Positions 1-8,192 are shown, counted from the stretch's first letter. The stretch: 32,000 nt of DNA from Candidatus Velamenicoccus archaeovorus (GCF_004102945.1 NZ_CP019384.1:1170001-1202000); one strand, 5' to 3'. A program made the numbers and translations. The notes: a model not told the origin generated them from the sequence alone.

Positions 1-308
1 AGGGCCAGCTGCCGGGCCACGCTTGCCGTCATCTCCCGGGCATCCCGGAGCCCCTTGCGGCCCGTCATGCAGTTGGCATTTCCGCTGTTGGCGATCAGGG
101 CGCGCGTCTTGGATGCCGCCAGGTGCTGAGCGCTCACCACAAGCGGTGCCGCCTTAAAGGCATTGGCCGTCATCATCGCAGACGCCACGCAAGGAGATTC
201 CGAGAAGAACAGGGCGAGGTCGGGCTTACCGCTCCGTTTGATGCCCGCCGACAAACCGGAAGCCTTGAATCCAAGGGGAAGCACGCTAGAAACCGTCTTC
301 AATGTCAT
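1..308 (-). CDS. argJ: Glutamate N-acetyltransferase / ornithine acetyltransferase ArgJ, N-terminal part (gene runs off the window start)
   Basis: Absent from the ORF track because it is truncated. My translation from ATG at 308-306 gives MTLKTVSSVLPLGFKASGLSAGIKRSGKPDLALFFSESPCVASAMMTANAFKAAPLVVSAQHL..., a typical ArgJ N-terminus. ATGA start/stop overlap with argC. Confidence 0.8.
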   Translation of the reverse strand, partial: MTLKTVSSVLPLGFKASGLSAGIKRSGKPDLALFFSESPCVASAMMTANAFKAAPLVVSAQHLAASKTRALIANSGNANCMTGRKGLRDAREMTASVARQLA

Positions 309-1327
309 GCTAACGCCGTTCTCTCATCAAAACCATACATGATATTCATATTCTGGACGGCCTGGCCCGAAGCCCCCTTGAGAAGATTGTCGATCGCGCT
401 GGAAACGATCAAAAGCTTCTTTTTCTCATCGACGACAAGACCGATATCGCAAAAATTCGTATACGTGACGTCCGTCAATTGCGGCAGGACGCCCAGGCCG
501 CGCATGCGCACGAAGGGTTCAGTTTTGTAAAACTTCTTGTAGACCGCCTCCACCTGTTGCGCAGGGACGGATTTCTTGAGCCGGATATAGATCGTTTCCA
601 GGATCCCCCGGTTGACGGGCAGAAGATGCGGGCAAAAAACCACGTCCACCCGCGCAAGCGTCGCCCGCGAAAGCTCCTGATTGATCTCCGGAGAATGCTG
701 ATGCATATTAAACTTATATCCGCGAAAATTCTCGTTCACATGGACAGAGAGATATTCCGGCGACACCTTTTTCCCGGCACCCGTCACGCCGGACTTGGCG
801 TCGATGATCACGCCGTCTTTGTCGCCGAAACCGGCGACCAGGGCCGGCACGATCCCGAGGATCGCCGCCGTCGGATAACAGCCGGGATTGGCCACGCACC
901 CCGTCTTCTTGATGCGTTCCCGGTAAAGCTCGGGCAGGCCGTACACAAACGCCTTGAGGTGCTTGATATCCTTGTGCGCCTTGTGATACCACTGCCGGTA
1001 GACAGCCGGATTTTTGAGGCGGTAATCCGCGCTTAAATCGACGACCTTTTTGCCCCGCTTCAACAGCTTCGGGACATAATCCATGGAAACCGTATGCGGC
1101 AGCGCCAGAAACAAAAGATCGCACTTCTCCGCTGCCTTATCGACATTGAACGGTTCGCATTTCAGGCCGACGACGTCCCGCAGGGCCGGAAAAATCTCAC
1201 CGATCTCCTCAGGTTTCGTCAGCGTCGCCGACAAATACGTCAGACGCACCCCCGGATGCCGCATCAGGATCTTGATCAACTCTTCGCCCGTAAACCCCCG
1301 GGCACCGACAATGCCGACTCTAAGCAT
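305..1327 (-). CDS. argC: N-acetyl-gamma-glutamyl-phosphate reductase
   Basis: 340-aa ORF. N-terminal MLRVGIVGARGFTGEELIKIL Rossmann motif and overall ArgC-like sequence. SD GAGGG upstream. Followed by argJ. Confidence 0.93.
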   Translation of the reverse strand: MLRVGIVGARGFTGEELIKILMRHPGVRLTYLSATLTKPEEIGEIFPALRDVVGLKCEPFNVDKAAEKCDLLFLALPHTVSMDYVPKLLKRGKKVVDLSADYRLKNPAVYRQWYHKAHKDIKHLKAFVYGLPELYRERIKKTGCVANPGCYPTAAILGIVPALVAGFGDKDGVIIDAKSGVTGAGKKVSPEYLSVHVNENFRGYKFNMHQHSPEINQELSRATLARVDVVFCPHLLPVNRGILETIYIRLKKSVPAQQVEAVYKKFYKTEPFVRMRGLGVLPQLTDVTYTNFCDIGLVVDEKKKLLIVSSAIDNLLKGASGQAVQNMNIMYGFDERTALA

Positions 1328-1426
1328 ATACCCTCTTTTTTTGATGCTTGCGCGATGCCTGTTTCATGCACAAACAGGCCATCTTCATCTATTTTCTCGC
1401 CGGGCAAAATAAAAAATATCTATAAT

Positions 1427-1455
1427 ATGTTAGACGAAAAATACGCCCGCGTCAA
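1427..1455 (-). promoter_or_regulatory. Candidate sigma70-type promoter for argC (TTGACG-N17-TAACAT)
   Basis: Minus strand reads TTGACGcgggcgtatttttcgtcTAACAT, about 100 nt upstream of the argC ATG. Confidence 0.4.
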
Positions 1456-1510
1456 GACAAATCCGCCGGGATACCGACGATAAAAAAACACTTTTGGCCC
1501 CTAGGGGCAA

Positions 1511-1690
1511 CACCCCGCGCTTATCGGCACCTGGCCCTTGTAAGGAATCGGGCCAGTGTTCGCCTTTCTGGCGAAGAATGGCGCGGGTAGCGCACGAAGC
1601 GCACGCTTGCTCTTCCTTTTGAGCAAGGCGTGTCGTGCTTTCTGCAAACACCCGGCCCAAGCGGAGGGGCCGGTGTGCCGCCTTCTGCAC
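1511..1690. ncRNA. Unclassified structured element, copy 1 (74-nt three-way-junction core at 1514-1587 plus a roughly 93-nt variable extension); strand unresolved
   Basis: Core differs at 8 of 74 positions from 31520-31593. P1 is CCCGCGC/GCGCGGG. P2 is CTGGCCC/GGGCCAG. P3 is TTCGCC/GGCGAA. Substitutions between the copies are compensatory or wobble. Confidence 0.55.
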
Positions 1691-1720
1691 AAAAAAAATC
1701 CGCCGGTTTTCTCCGGCGGA
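1691..1720 (-). terminator. Rho-independent terminator after rpsI
   Basis: 8-bp GC-rich stem TCCGCCGG/CCGGCGGA (1699-1706 / 1713-1720), followed on the minus strand by an 8-nt T-tract (1691-1698). Lies 27 nt after the rpsI stop. Confidence 0.75.
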
Positions 1721-1746
1721 TCCTTGAAGCCTCTGTCAAAAAGCGC

Positions 1747-2145
<399 letters not shown>

Positions 2146-2165
2146 ATTAGACCTTTCATGAACGC

Positions 2166-2198
2166 ACAACTTATGGAACGATAGTGAACATAAGTTGT
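2166..2198. promoter_or_regulatory. Palindrome ACAACTTATG-N13-CATAAGTTGT in the rpsI 5' region
   Basis: 10-bp perfect inverted repeat (2166-2175 / 2189-2198), 20-50 nt upstream of the rpsI ATG. Belongs to the AACTTAYG palindrome family also seen at 17158, 31845 and 31952. Confidence 0.5.
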
Positions 2199-2223
2199 TT
2201 TGCGTGAATGAAACCCAGCACTA

Positions 2224-2251
2224 ATTTTACATAAAATTAGTGCTGGGTCAA
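2224..2251 (-). promoter_or_regulatory. Candidate internal promoter for rpsI (TTGACC-N16-TAAAAT), embedded in a 16-bp perfect hairpin (2213-2248)
   Basis: Minus strand reads TTGACCcagcactaattttatgTAAAAT. The same DNA forms ACCCAGCACTAATTTT/AAAATTAGTGCTGGGT. Confidence 0.4.
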
Positions 2252-2344
2252 ATTCGGCCCGACGGCTTAGCTTCACTTTGTTCGCTAACCCAGAAAGGAT
2301 AGGTCTTCCTTATACCATATAAAGGAAGGACCTAAGCCGTGGCC

Positions 2345-2785
2345 TCATTCGACCTCTAATTTCACGAAATTCGTCTTCGTATAAGGATGATCGGAACCCG
2401 GATAAACCCTGAGCTTCTTAAGCATGTCGCGGCTCAAAGGGCCTGCCGGCAGCATCTTCCTGACGGCGCTCCGGATGACCTCTGTCGGCTTGGTCGCCAG
2501 CATGACTTCTAAAGTAGCCCTTTTAAGGCCGGCCGGATATCCTGAAAAGCTCAGATATTGCTTCTCTTTAAGCTTGTTGCCTGTTACCTTGACCGCCTTG
2601 GCATTGATAACAACGACATGGTCGCCGGTGTCAAAATTAGGAGTATACCTCGGCGTATGCTTGCCGCGGATCACCGAAGCCACTTTTGCCGAAAGCCGCC
2701 CCAGGACCTTGCCTTTGGCGTCGACCAAAAACCACTGCTTCTTGGATGCGTCCATGTTGGACTTGTTCGCCATGTAAGTTTTCAT
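2345..2785 (-). CDS. rplM: 50S ribosomal protein L13
   Basis: MKTYMANKSNMDASKKQWFLVDAKGKVLGRLSAKVASVIRGKHTPRYTPNFDTGDHVVVINA... aligns with the L13 N-terminus. The track ORF (177 aa) was trimmed to ATG at 2785. Confidence 0.92.
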   Translation of the reverse strand: MKTYMANKSNMDASKKQWFLVDAKGKVLGRLSAKVASVIRGKHTPRYTPNFDTGDHVVVINAKAVKVTGNKLKEKQYLSFSGYPAGLKRATLEVMLATKPTEVIRSAVRKMLPAGPLSRDMLKKLRVYPGSDHPYTKTNFVKLEVE

Positions 2786-2794
2786 AAGGGTGAA

Positions 2795-2823
2795 AATATA
2801 ACACAACCTCCTGACGATGTCAA
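2795..2823 (-). promoter_or_regulatory. Sigma70-type promoter for rplM (TTGACA-N17-TATATT); transcript near-leaderless
   Basis: Minus strand reads TTGACAtcgtcaggaggttgtgtTATATTttcaccctt-ATG. Only 9 nt separate the -10 box from the rplM ATG. The -35 box overlaps the stop of the upstream membrane-protein gene. Confidence 0.6.
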
Positions 2824-4394
2824 CATTTTTTTCTTCCAAGGAACCCCACCTTGTCCTCCGGTACCAAAAGCCCCGCAAAAGCCAAAACCAAGAACACCAG
2901 ACACGCCCAAAAGGGCACGGTGGCCGGGATCACCCGTTCCTGACACACAGCGGACGGATTGACCAAAAGATAGGCTATCTGTGTTTCCCCGGCGACCTGG
3001 AGGCCGTAGCGGGCGGCCGCCAGCGACAGATACCGAAGCCCTTCGCCGTCCACGTCCTTGAACCAAAGCACGGCGTGGGCATAGGCGACGGGATCGAAAT
3101 CGCGGAAAGGCCGGACCTCGGCAAGCATAGCCGTGGATGTCGCGCGATGGCTCAAAACCGCCACCATCCCTCCCGCATAGTCATAATTCGAAAAGATGAT
3201 CTGCCTCTCCGAAGACAGCTCCTTGACCATCCAAACACACTGACCGATCCACTTGGGATAGTAGATTGTCGTCGCCTTGACGCCGGGATCATTGGCATCA
3301 AGACCCATCCATATCATGGCCGGCGTTTCGCAGATCTTCCAGCTCCGCTCCTCCGGCTTCGGGCTCCAGTTATATTGAAAGCCGAACACCTGAAAAACCA
3401 ACACCATCACGGCCATGGCCGTCGCCTGATAGACCCTCGGCGCCTTCGCCAGGAAACGCGTGACGATCTCATTGACCGCCAGGGCCGCATAGAAACACCA
3501 CAGGAACAAACCCTGCCCCGAGATCAGACGGCTGCGATGCGTCCAGAAAAGAGAAAACATGACGCTGGCCAGGATCATAAAAAACTGACAGTCTTTTTTT
3601 CTGCGCCAGGCAAACACGACCCCCGCGACCACGAATAACGTCAATACCGTCGGGATTGCCAAGTAATAAAAATCGGGCGGCTTGACAAGGCGGACATACG
3701 CCAGGTAACGGGCCTGATGATAGAGGATCGGAAAGCTCGGGATCAAAGTCGCGGCAGCGATCCGCCAGATCATCTGGCGTTTCTGACGCTCCGGGATGGT
3801 GTATAAAAGAAGCGCTGCCAGAAACAGCCAAGGCACCAAGCTGTGCGCATAAAAAGCTAAGGTCAACAGCACGCAGGCACGCAGAGGCCTATTCTGCATC
3901 ACGGCGCCATAGCACAATAATCCCAGGCCGAAGGCCAGGCTGAAAGGGATATTGTTGATGACGGCCGTACAGAGCGAGGTGGCGCTGAGCGCGAAAAACA
4001 AAAACCAGAAAGCAGCCAAAGAACCGAGGGCACGGCGGATCACCGACCAGCCGCAATAAAGAAACCAGGGGTAAATCAGGACGTCAGAAAGCCTGGCGAC
4101 GCTGATCAAGTCAAGGCCGGCGCGGTAAAGCACAAGCTGCAGGATATGCAAAAGCGGCGGATACACATGCGGCCGGCCGAACGGGGCGTATTCCCAAAAA
4201 GCATGCCCCACCCACCCTCCTGCATCCCGAAACCCCTGCACAACGGAAAGATGATAATAGCCGTCCAGAAAAAGCGGGAAACGAAACCAACTGAACGCCT
4301 GGAACATGACGACGGCCAGAAAAATGACACCCGAATAAAAATCCCAGCGCGGGACATTCCAGGATCCAGACAAAGAAAATTTTCCTCTATGCAT
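2820..4394 (-). CDS. Large polytopic membrane protein with a C-terminal soluble domain (possibly GT-C/ArnT-PMT-like glycosyltransferase; function uncertain)
   Basis: 541-aa track ORF with many hydrophobic segments in the first ~380 aa and a hydrophilic tail. Start moved to MHRGKF (ATG at 4394), giving an 8-nt overlap with truA instead of 59 nt. Confidence 0.7.
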   Translation of the reverse strand: MHRGKFSLSGSWNVPRWDFYSGVIFLAVVMFQAFSWFRFPLFLDGYYHLSVVQGFRDAGGWVGHAFWEYAPFGRPHVYPPLLHILQLVLYRAGLDLISVARLSDVLIYPWFLYCGWSVIRRALGSLAAFWFLFFALSATSLCTAVINNIPFSLAFGLGLLCYGAVMQNRPLRACVLLTLAFYAHSLVPWLFLAALLLYTIPERQKRQMIWRIAAATLIPSFPILYHQARYLAYVRLVKPPDFYYLAIPTVLTLFVVAGVVFAWRRKKDCQFFMILASVMFSLFWTHRSRLISGQGLFLWCFYAALAVNEIVTRFLAKAPRVYQATAMAVMVLVFQVFGFQYNWSPKPEERSWKICETPAMIWMGLDANDPGVKATTIYYPKWIGQCVWMVKELSSERQIIFSNYDYAGGMVAVLSHRATSTAMLAEVRPFRDFDPVAYAHAVLWFKDVDGEGLRYLSLAAARYGLQVAGETQIAYLLVNPSAVCQERVIPATVPFWACLVFLVLAFAGLLVPEDKVGFLGRKKC

Positions 4395-5190
4395 AGCGCA
4401 CACTCCTGAGGTATAGCCCGCGGGCCGGGGCACAGAAACCGGCATGCCGCCGGTCGCGGCGCCTCAAGATGTCCCTCATCGCCTCCGGCGCCAGCCGGCC
4501 GCGGCCGATATCGATCAATGTCCCGACGATATTGCGGACCATACCCCGAAGAAATCCGGACGCATCGATATCGACGACAATCAACTCCGTCTGCTTCAAA
4601 AACGGCAGGGAATCCTCCCCTTTCCTGCGGTACACCCCGATCTTTTCGATCCGCGTCACGGATTTCCGCCGGACCCTGTCCGACGCCTGGAAAGAAGAAA
4701 AATCATGGCGGCCCACAAGACAGCGGGCGGCGCGGCGCATCCAAGCGACAGACAAGGAATATTTGACCACAAAGGCAAACCGGTCCAAGAACACCGATTT
4801 CTCACAAGCGGGCACAATGACATAGCGATAAGATTTGGACTTCGCGGAGAACCGCGCATGAAAACACGGATCGGCCTCCTCGGCTCCTGCCGCGCCGATA
4901 TCCCGCGGAAGATGGTGATCCAAAGCCCGCCGGAGCCGGTCTGCCGGGATCGCCGACGCCGTTGCAAAATGCGCGGTCTGCGCGACAGCATGAACGCCCG
5001 CATCTGTCCGGCCGGAACCAGTCAAGCGGACGCGGTGGCCGACAACCTTCTCGAGCGCCTTTTCAACCTCTTCCTGAACCGTCACCAGTTTCTTCTGCCG
5101 GCCGGAAGAAGGAAGCTGACGGCTGGTCTGCCGCTGCCAGCCGGCGTATTGCGTGCCGTCGTATTGAAGAACTATCTTGATCGTACGCAT
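4387..5190 (-). CDS. truA: tRNA pseudouridine(38-40) synthase TruA
   Basis: MRTIKIVLQYDGTQYAGWQRQ...GRTDAGVHA... The catalytic Asp motif context and length (267 aa) fit TruA. Confidence 0.92.
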   Translation of the reverse strand: MRTIKIVLQYDGTQYAGWQRQTSRQLPSSGRQKKLVTVQEEVEKALEKVVGHRVRLTGSGRTDAGVHAVAQTAHFATASAIPADRLRRALDHHLPRDIGAAGAEEADPCFHARFSAKSKSYRYVIVPACEKSVFLDRFAFVVKYSLSVAWMRRAARCLVGRHDFSSFQASDRVRRKSVTRIEKIGVYRRKGEDSLPFLKQTELIVVDIDASGFLRGMVRNIVGTLIDIGRGRLAPEAMRDILRRRDRRHAGFCAPARGLYLRSVRYA

Positions 5191-5229
5191 GGAAACTCCG
5201 CGGGCTGCCCGTGAAAAGATATCCGTCGG

Positions 5230-5301
5230 AAAAAAGAACCGGTCAGCCTATTTGCCGGTTAACCGGTTGTTGCGTTAACTGGCTGACTGGCTGACCGGCT
5301 C
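5230..5301 (-). terminator. Probable terminator after asd (10-bp stem with a large structured loop, then a T-tract)
   Basis: CCGGTCAGCC (5239-5248) pairs with GGCTGACCGG (5289-5298). The loop contains the CCGGTTAACCGG palindrome. The minus strand continues TTTTTT (5230-5235). Confidence 0.5.
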
Positions 5302-5321
5302 TCACGGGATAACCAACGACA

Positions 5322-6332
5322 TTATCTCTTAATCAACAACTCCGCAATCTGCACGGCATTGGTCGCAGCACCCTTACGAAGGTTGTCGGCCACCACCCAC
5401 ATCCACATTCCCTTCTCGTTATAAGGATCCTTGCGGAGACGCCCAACAAATACCTCGTCTTTGCCTTCCGCGTTAACAGGCAAAGGATATACGCAGCTCT
5501 TGGTGTCATCCAGCACGACGATGCCCGGAGACGACGCCAGCGTCTTCTTGACTTCTTCGATATCAACAGGTTTTTTCGTTTCGATGTAGATCGATTCGCT
5601 GTGACCCGTCCTTACGGGGACACGGACCGTCGTCGCCGAAACCAAGATCCTGTCGGTATGCATGATCTTATGGGTTTCCTTGATCATCTTCCACTCTTCG
5701 GAGGTGTAATCGCATTCCGCAAAACCGCCGATGTGAGGAAAGATATTGAAAGCGATCCTCTGCGGCATGGCTTCCGGCTTCGACTCCACGCCCGAAAGGA
5801 TGGCTTTCGTCTGCTCAAAGAGCTCCGCAACCGCTTTGCTGCCGGCGCCAGACGCGGCCTGATAAGTAGACACGATCACGCGCCTGATCTTATAAAGCTT
5901 GTGAATAGGCGCCAGCGCCACCACCATCTGGATCGTCGAGCAATTTGGGTTAGCGATAATCCCGCGTCCTTTTTTGGCTTTTTTGACATCTTTGGGATTC
6001 ACTTCGGGAACGACGAGAGGCACGTCTTCTTCCATACGGAAATCCGCCCCGTTATCGATGACGACAGCGCCCCGCTTGACCGCCTCGGGAGCAAACGTCA
6101 CGGCAGCACCCTTCTCCCCTTCGGTACCGGCAAATAAAGCAATGTCAACCCCCTCAAAAGCCTCGGGAGAAATCTGCTTCACATGATAAGTCTGACCGTC
6201 GACCGTGATGTCCCTTTCGCTGCGGGCCAGAACCTTCAAGGCCCCGACAGGAAAATTCCTCGATTTCAAAACTTTCAGCATCTCGATGCCGACAGCGCCT
6301 ACACCCACAACCGCAATATTATATGTTTTCAT
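5322..6332 (-). CDS. asd: Aspartate-semialdehyde dehydrogenase
   Basis: 336 aa. MKTYNIAVVGVGAVGIEMLKVL..., NPNCSTIQMVVAL (active-site Cys context) and SGAG motifs. Confidence 0.92.
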   Translation of the reverse strand: MKTYNIAVVGVGAVGIEMLKVLKSRNFPVGALKVLARSERDITVDGQTYHVKQISPEAFEGVDIALFAGTEGEKGAAVTFAPEAVKRGAVVIDNGADFRMEEDVPLVVPEVNPKDVKKAKKGRGIIANPNCSTIQMVVALAPIHKLYKIRRVIVSTYQAASGAGSKAVAELFEQTKAILSGVESKPEAMPQRIAFNIFPHIGGFAECDYTSEEWKMIKETHKIMHTDRILVSATTVRVPVRTGHSESIYIETKKPVDIEEVKKTLASSPGIVVLDDTKSCVYPLPVNAEGKDEVFVGRLRKDPYNEKGMWMWVVADNLRKGAATNAVQIAELLIKR

Positions 6333-6819
6333 AAGAAAGCCTTTGGGATTTTGACATATTTATAGAATGATATATCCTTTCAGTTATGCCTATCAGCCCC
6401 TGCGGGACAGCTTCTTGCGAGCCGTCATTATGGAGATAAAATCTTATGCGCTTGATACCTTTGTCGCTCACGATAGTAAGTTCGATATTAGTCCCCTGCC
6501 TGGAATAGGGAGGAAAACGATATTCTTCCTTAAAAGCATAAAAATCTGCGCTCTCAATGTATCTTATCAGCTCGCTCATCCGCGCAGGATCAATCCGTCC
6601 CGCTTTCCTTTCGCCCTCTTCTCTGCCGGCCCTCACGGTATAAGCGATATAACGACCATCGCCCTTGATTTCAAGATAGGACCCCAGAGCCTCCCAGTTT
6701 GAGCTTTTCAGCTCGATAGATTCTATCTTCAGATCCTCCGCCTTCACATAACCCGGAGACAAGAACACGAACAAAAACAATATGGCTGAATTCAACAACA
6801 GGCCTGCTCTTTTAGTCAT
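6319..6819 (-). CDS. Secreted hypothetical protein
   Basis: Start trimmed to MTKRAGLLLNSAILFLFVFLSPGYVKA-ED (signal-peptide-like). SD AGAGGGA upstream. 14-nt overlap with the asd start. No family recognised. Confidence 0.6.
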   Translation of the reverse strand: MTKRAGLLLNSAILFLFVFLSPGYVKAEDLKIESIELKSSNWEALGSYLEIKGDGRYIAYTVRAGREEGERKAGRIDPARMSELIRYIESADFYAFKEEYRFPPYSRQGTNIELTIVSDKGIKRIRFYLHNDGSQEAVPQGLIGITERIYHSINMSKSQRLSYENI

Positions 6820-6952
6820 TGTCCCTCTATGTAAAGACAAGACCGAGCAGCTAGTCGAACAGGGCATACATAAATAGCGTGAATAAAAATCCGGGCAGAT
6901 GTCAGGGACCCCATTACAACAATGAACTTCCAGATAGATGCCAAGGATCTTT

Positions 6953-8002
6953 CTACAAGTTAGCAACCACAAGATCCCCAACCTCGGTGGTCGAATACCC
7001 CATCTTGCCCGCCGCCAGGGATTTCAGTTTCGTCTGTACGATCTTGATGACGGCGTCCTCGATCGCCTTGGCCGCTTGGGCCTCACCCAGGGAATCCATC
7101 ATCATACCGGCTGCGCAGATCGCCGCCAGCGGGTTGATCACATTCTTGCCCGTGTATTTGGGGGCGGAACCTCCGATGGGCTCAAACATCGAGACCCCCG
7201 CAGGATTGATGTTACCGCCGGCCGCAATCCCCATGCCGCCCTGGATCATAGCGCCTAGGTCCGTGATGATGTCGCCGAACATATTGTCGGTGACGATGAC
7301 GTCGAACCATTCGGGATTCTTGACAAACCACATCGTCGTGGCATCCACATGGGCATAATCGATCTTGACGTCCGGATACTCTTTGGCCACCTCGTTGAAC
7401 GTCCTCTGCCACAAATCCCAGGCATACGTCAAGACATTGGTCTTGCCGCAAAGGGTCAGTTGCTTGCGCCTGTTCCTTTTGCGCGTTAATTCGAACGCAT
7501 AACGCACGCAACGCTCCACGCCGGCCCGCGTGTTATAGGAAATCTGGATGGCGACTTCGTCCTTTGCGCCCTTCTTCTGGAATTCCCCCATGCCCTTATA
7601 GAGGCCTTCACTGTTCTCGCGGACAACGACAAAATCGATGTCTTCCGGTTTCTTGTCTTTTAAAGGACAAAAGGCGGAGCTGTAAAGCTTCACCGGCCGC
7701 AGATTGATATACTGGTCGAGGGCAAATCTGAGCTTCAAGAGGACGCCCGTCTCGATGATGCCGGGCTTGACGTCCGGGTCGCCCACAGCGCCCAGATAGA
7801 TGGCGTGGTATTTCTTGAGCTCGGCGACATCGGCATCATCGACGAGCTTGCCCGTCTTCAAATATCTCTTGCCGCTGAAATCGAATTCTTTTGTCTCAAA
7901 TTTGAAATTGAATTTTTTTGCGGCGGCGTCCAGGACCTTCAAACCTTCGCGCACAACCTCCGGCCCTGTCCCGTCACCGGGTATGACAGCTATTTTATAC
8001 AT
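6953..8002 (-). CDS. leuB: 3-isopropylmalate dehydrogenase (isocitrate/isopropylmalate dehydrogenase family)
   Basis: MYKIAVIPGDGTGPEVVREG..., NMFGDIITDLGA and GSAPKYTGKN motifs. Follows leuC and leuD. Confidence 0.88.
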   Translation of the reverse strand: MYKIAVIPGDGTGPEVVREGLKVLDAAAKKFNFKFETKEFDFSGKRYLKTGKLVDDADVAELKKYHAIYLGAVGDPDVKPGIIETGVLLKLRFALDQYINLRPVKLYSSAFCPLKDKKPEDIDFVVVRENSEGLYKGMGEFQKKGAKDEVAIQISYNTRAGVERCVRYAFELTRKRNRRKQLTLCGKTNVLTYAWDLWQRTFNEVAKEYPDVKIDYAHVDATTMWFVKNPEWFDVIVTDNMFGDIITDLGAMIQGGMGIAAGGNINPAGVSMFEPIGGSAPKYTGKNVINPLAAICAAGMMMDSLGEAQAAKAIEDAVIKIVQTKLKSLAAGKMGYSTTEVGDLVVANL

Positions 8003-8192
8003 TAATTTCGTCCTTTTTTAGGTTTTTTCTATCGAAATTAACTCCGAAGCGTGCTTAATGAAATTTAAGACAAGGTTTATGGCCTAGAACCCCGCGGGTA
8101 TGCCCGCGGGGTGACGTCCCTTCCGCCATTTATCTTGGGCATAGCCTCGCCCGCCGCAGGTGGGCAGGGAATTCTGGCTATGGGATTAAATT

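Noticed and set aside
1531-1587. Resemblance of the minus-strand element to SAM-I (S-box) fragments: CUGGCCCGAU and GGUGCCRAU.
   Set aside because: - The element is a three-way junction, not a four-way junction.
- It lacks the S-box P1 and kink-turn blocks (for example AGAGGGA, GCAACC).
- Here CUGGCCC simply pairs with GGGCCAG.
- The neighbouring genes (argC, 16S) are not SAM-related.
- I also compared it by eye with purine, cobalamin, SRP, 6S, tmRNA and RNase P signatures and found no match.
1501-1692. Protein-coding reading of the duplicated element. Both copies encode FARKANTGPIPYK(G/D)QVPISAG in one minus-strand frame, and 5 of the 6 transitions in that stretch are synonymous.
   Set aside because: - There is no shared start codon.
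- The frames upstream of the 21-aa block differ between the copies, owing to a 2-nt offset plus the ~86-nt insertion.
- The stops are 3 versus ~43 codons downstream.
- The track ORF starts fall inside terminator U-tracts.
- I keep it as a caveat in the finding rather than call a CDS, because the synonymous bias is not negligible.
2817-3638. Long plus-strand ORFs antisense to well-supported minus-strand genes. This one is 273 aa. Others are 479-1036, 4444-5214, 8751-9485, 13316-14077, 15207-15866, 22237-23001 and 23032-24003.
   Set aside because: They lie entirely opposite conserved genes (argC, the membrane protein, truA, leuC, fabD/fabH, plsX, recG). They are Arg/Pro/Gly-rich and low in complexity, lack SDs, and are typical shadow ORFs of GC-rich coding DNA.
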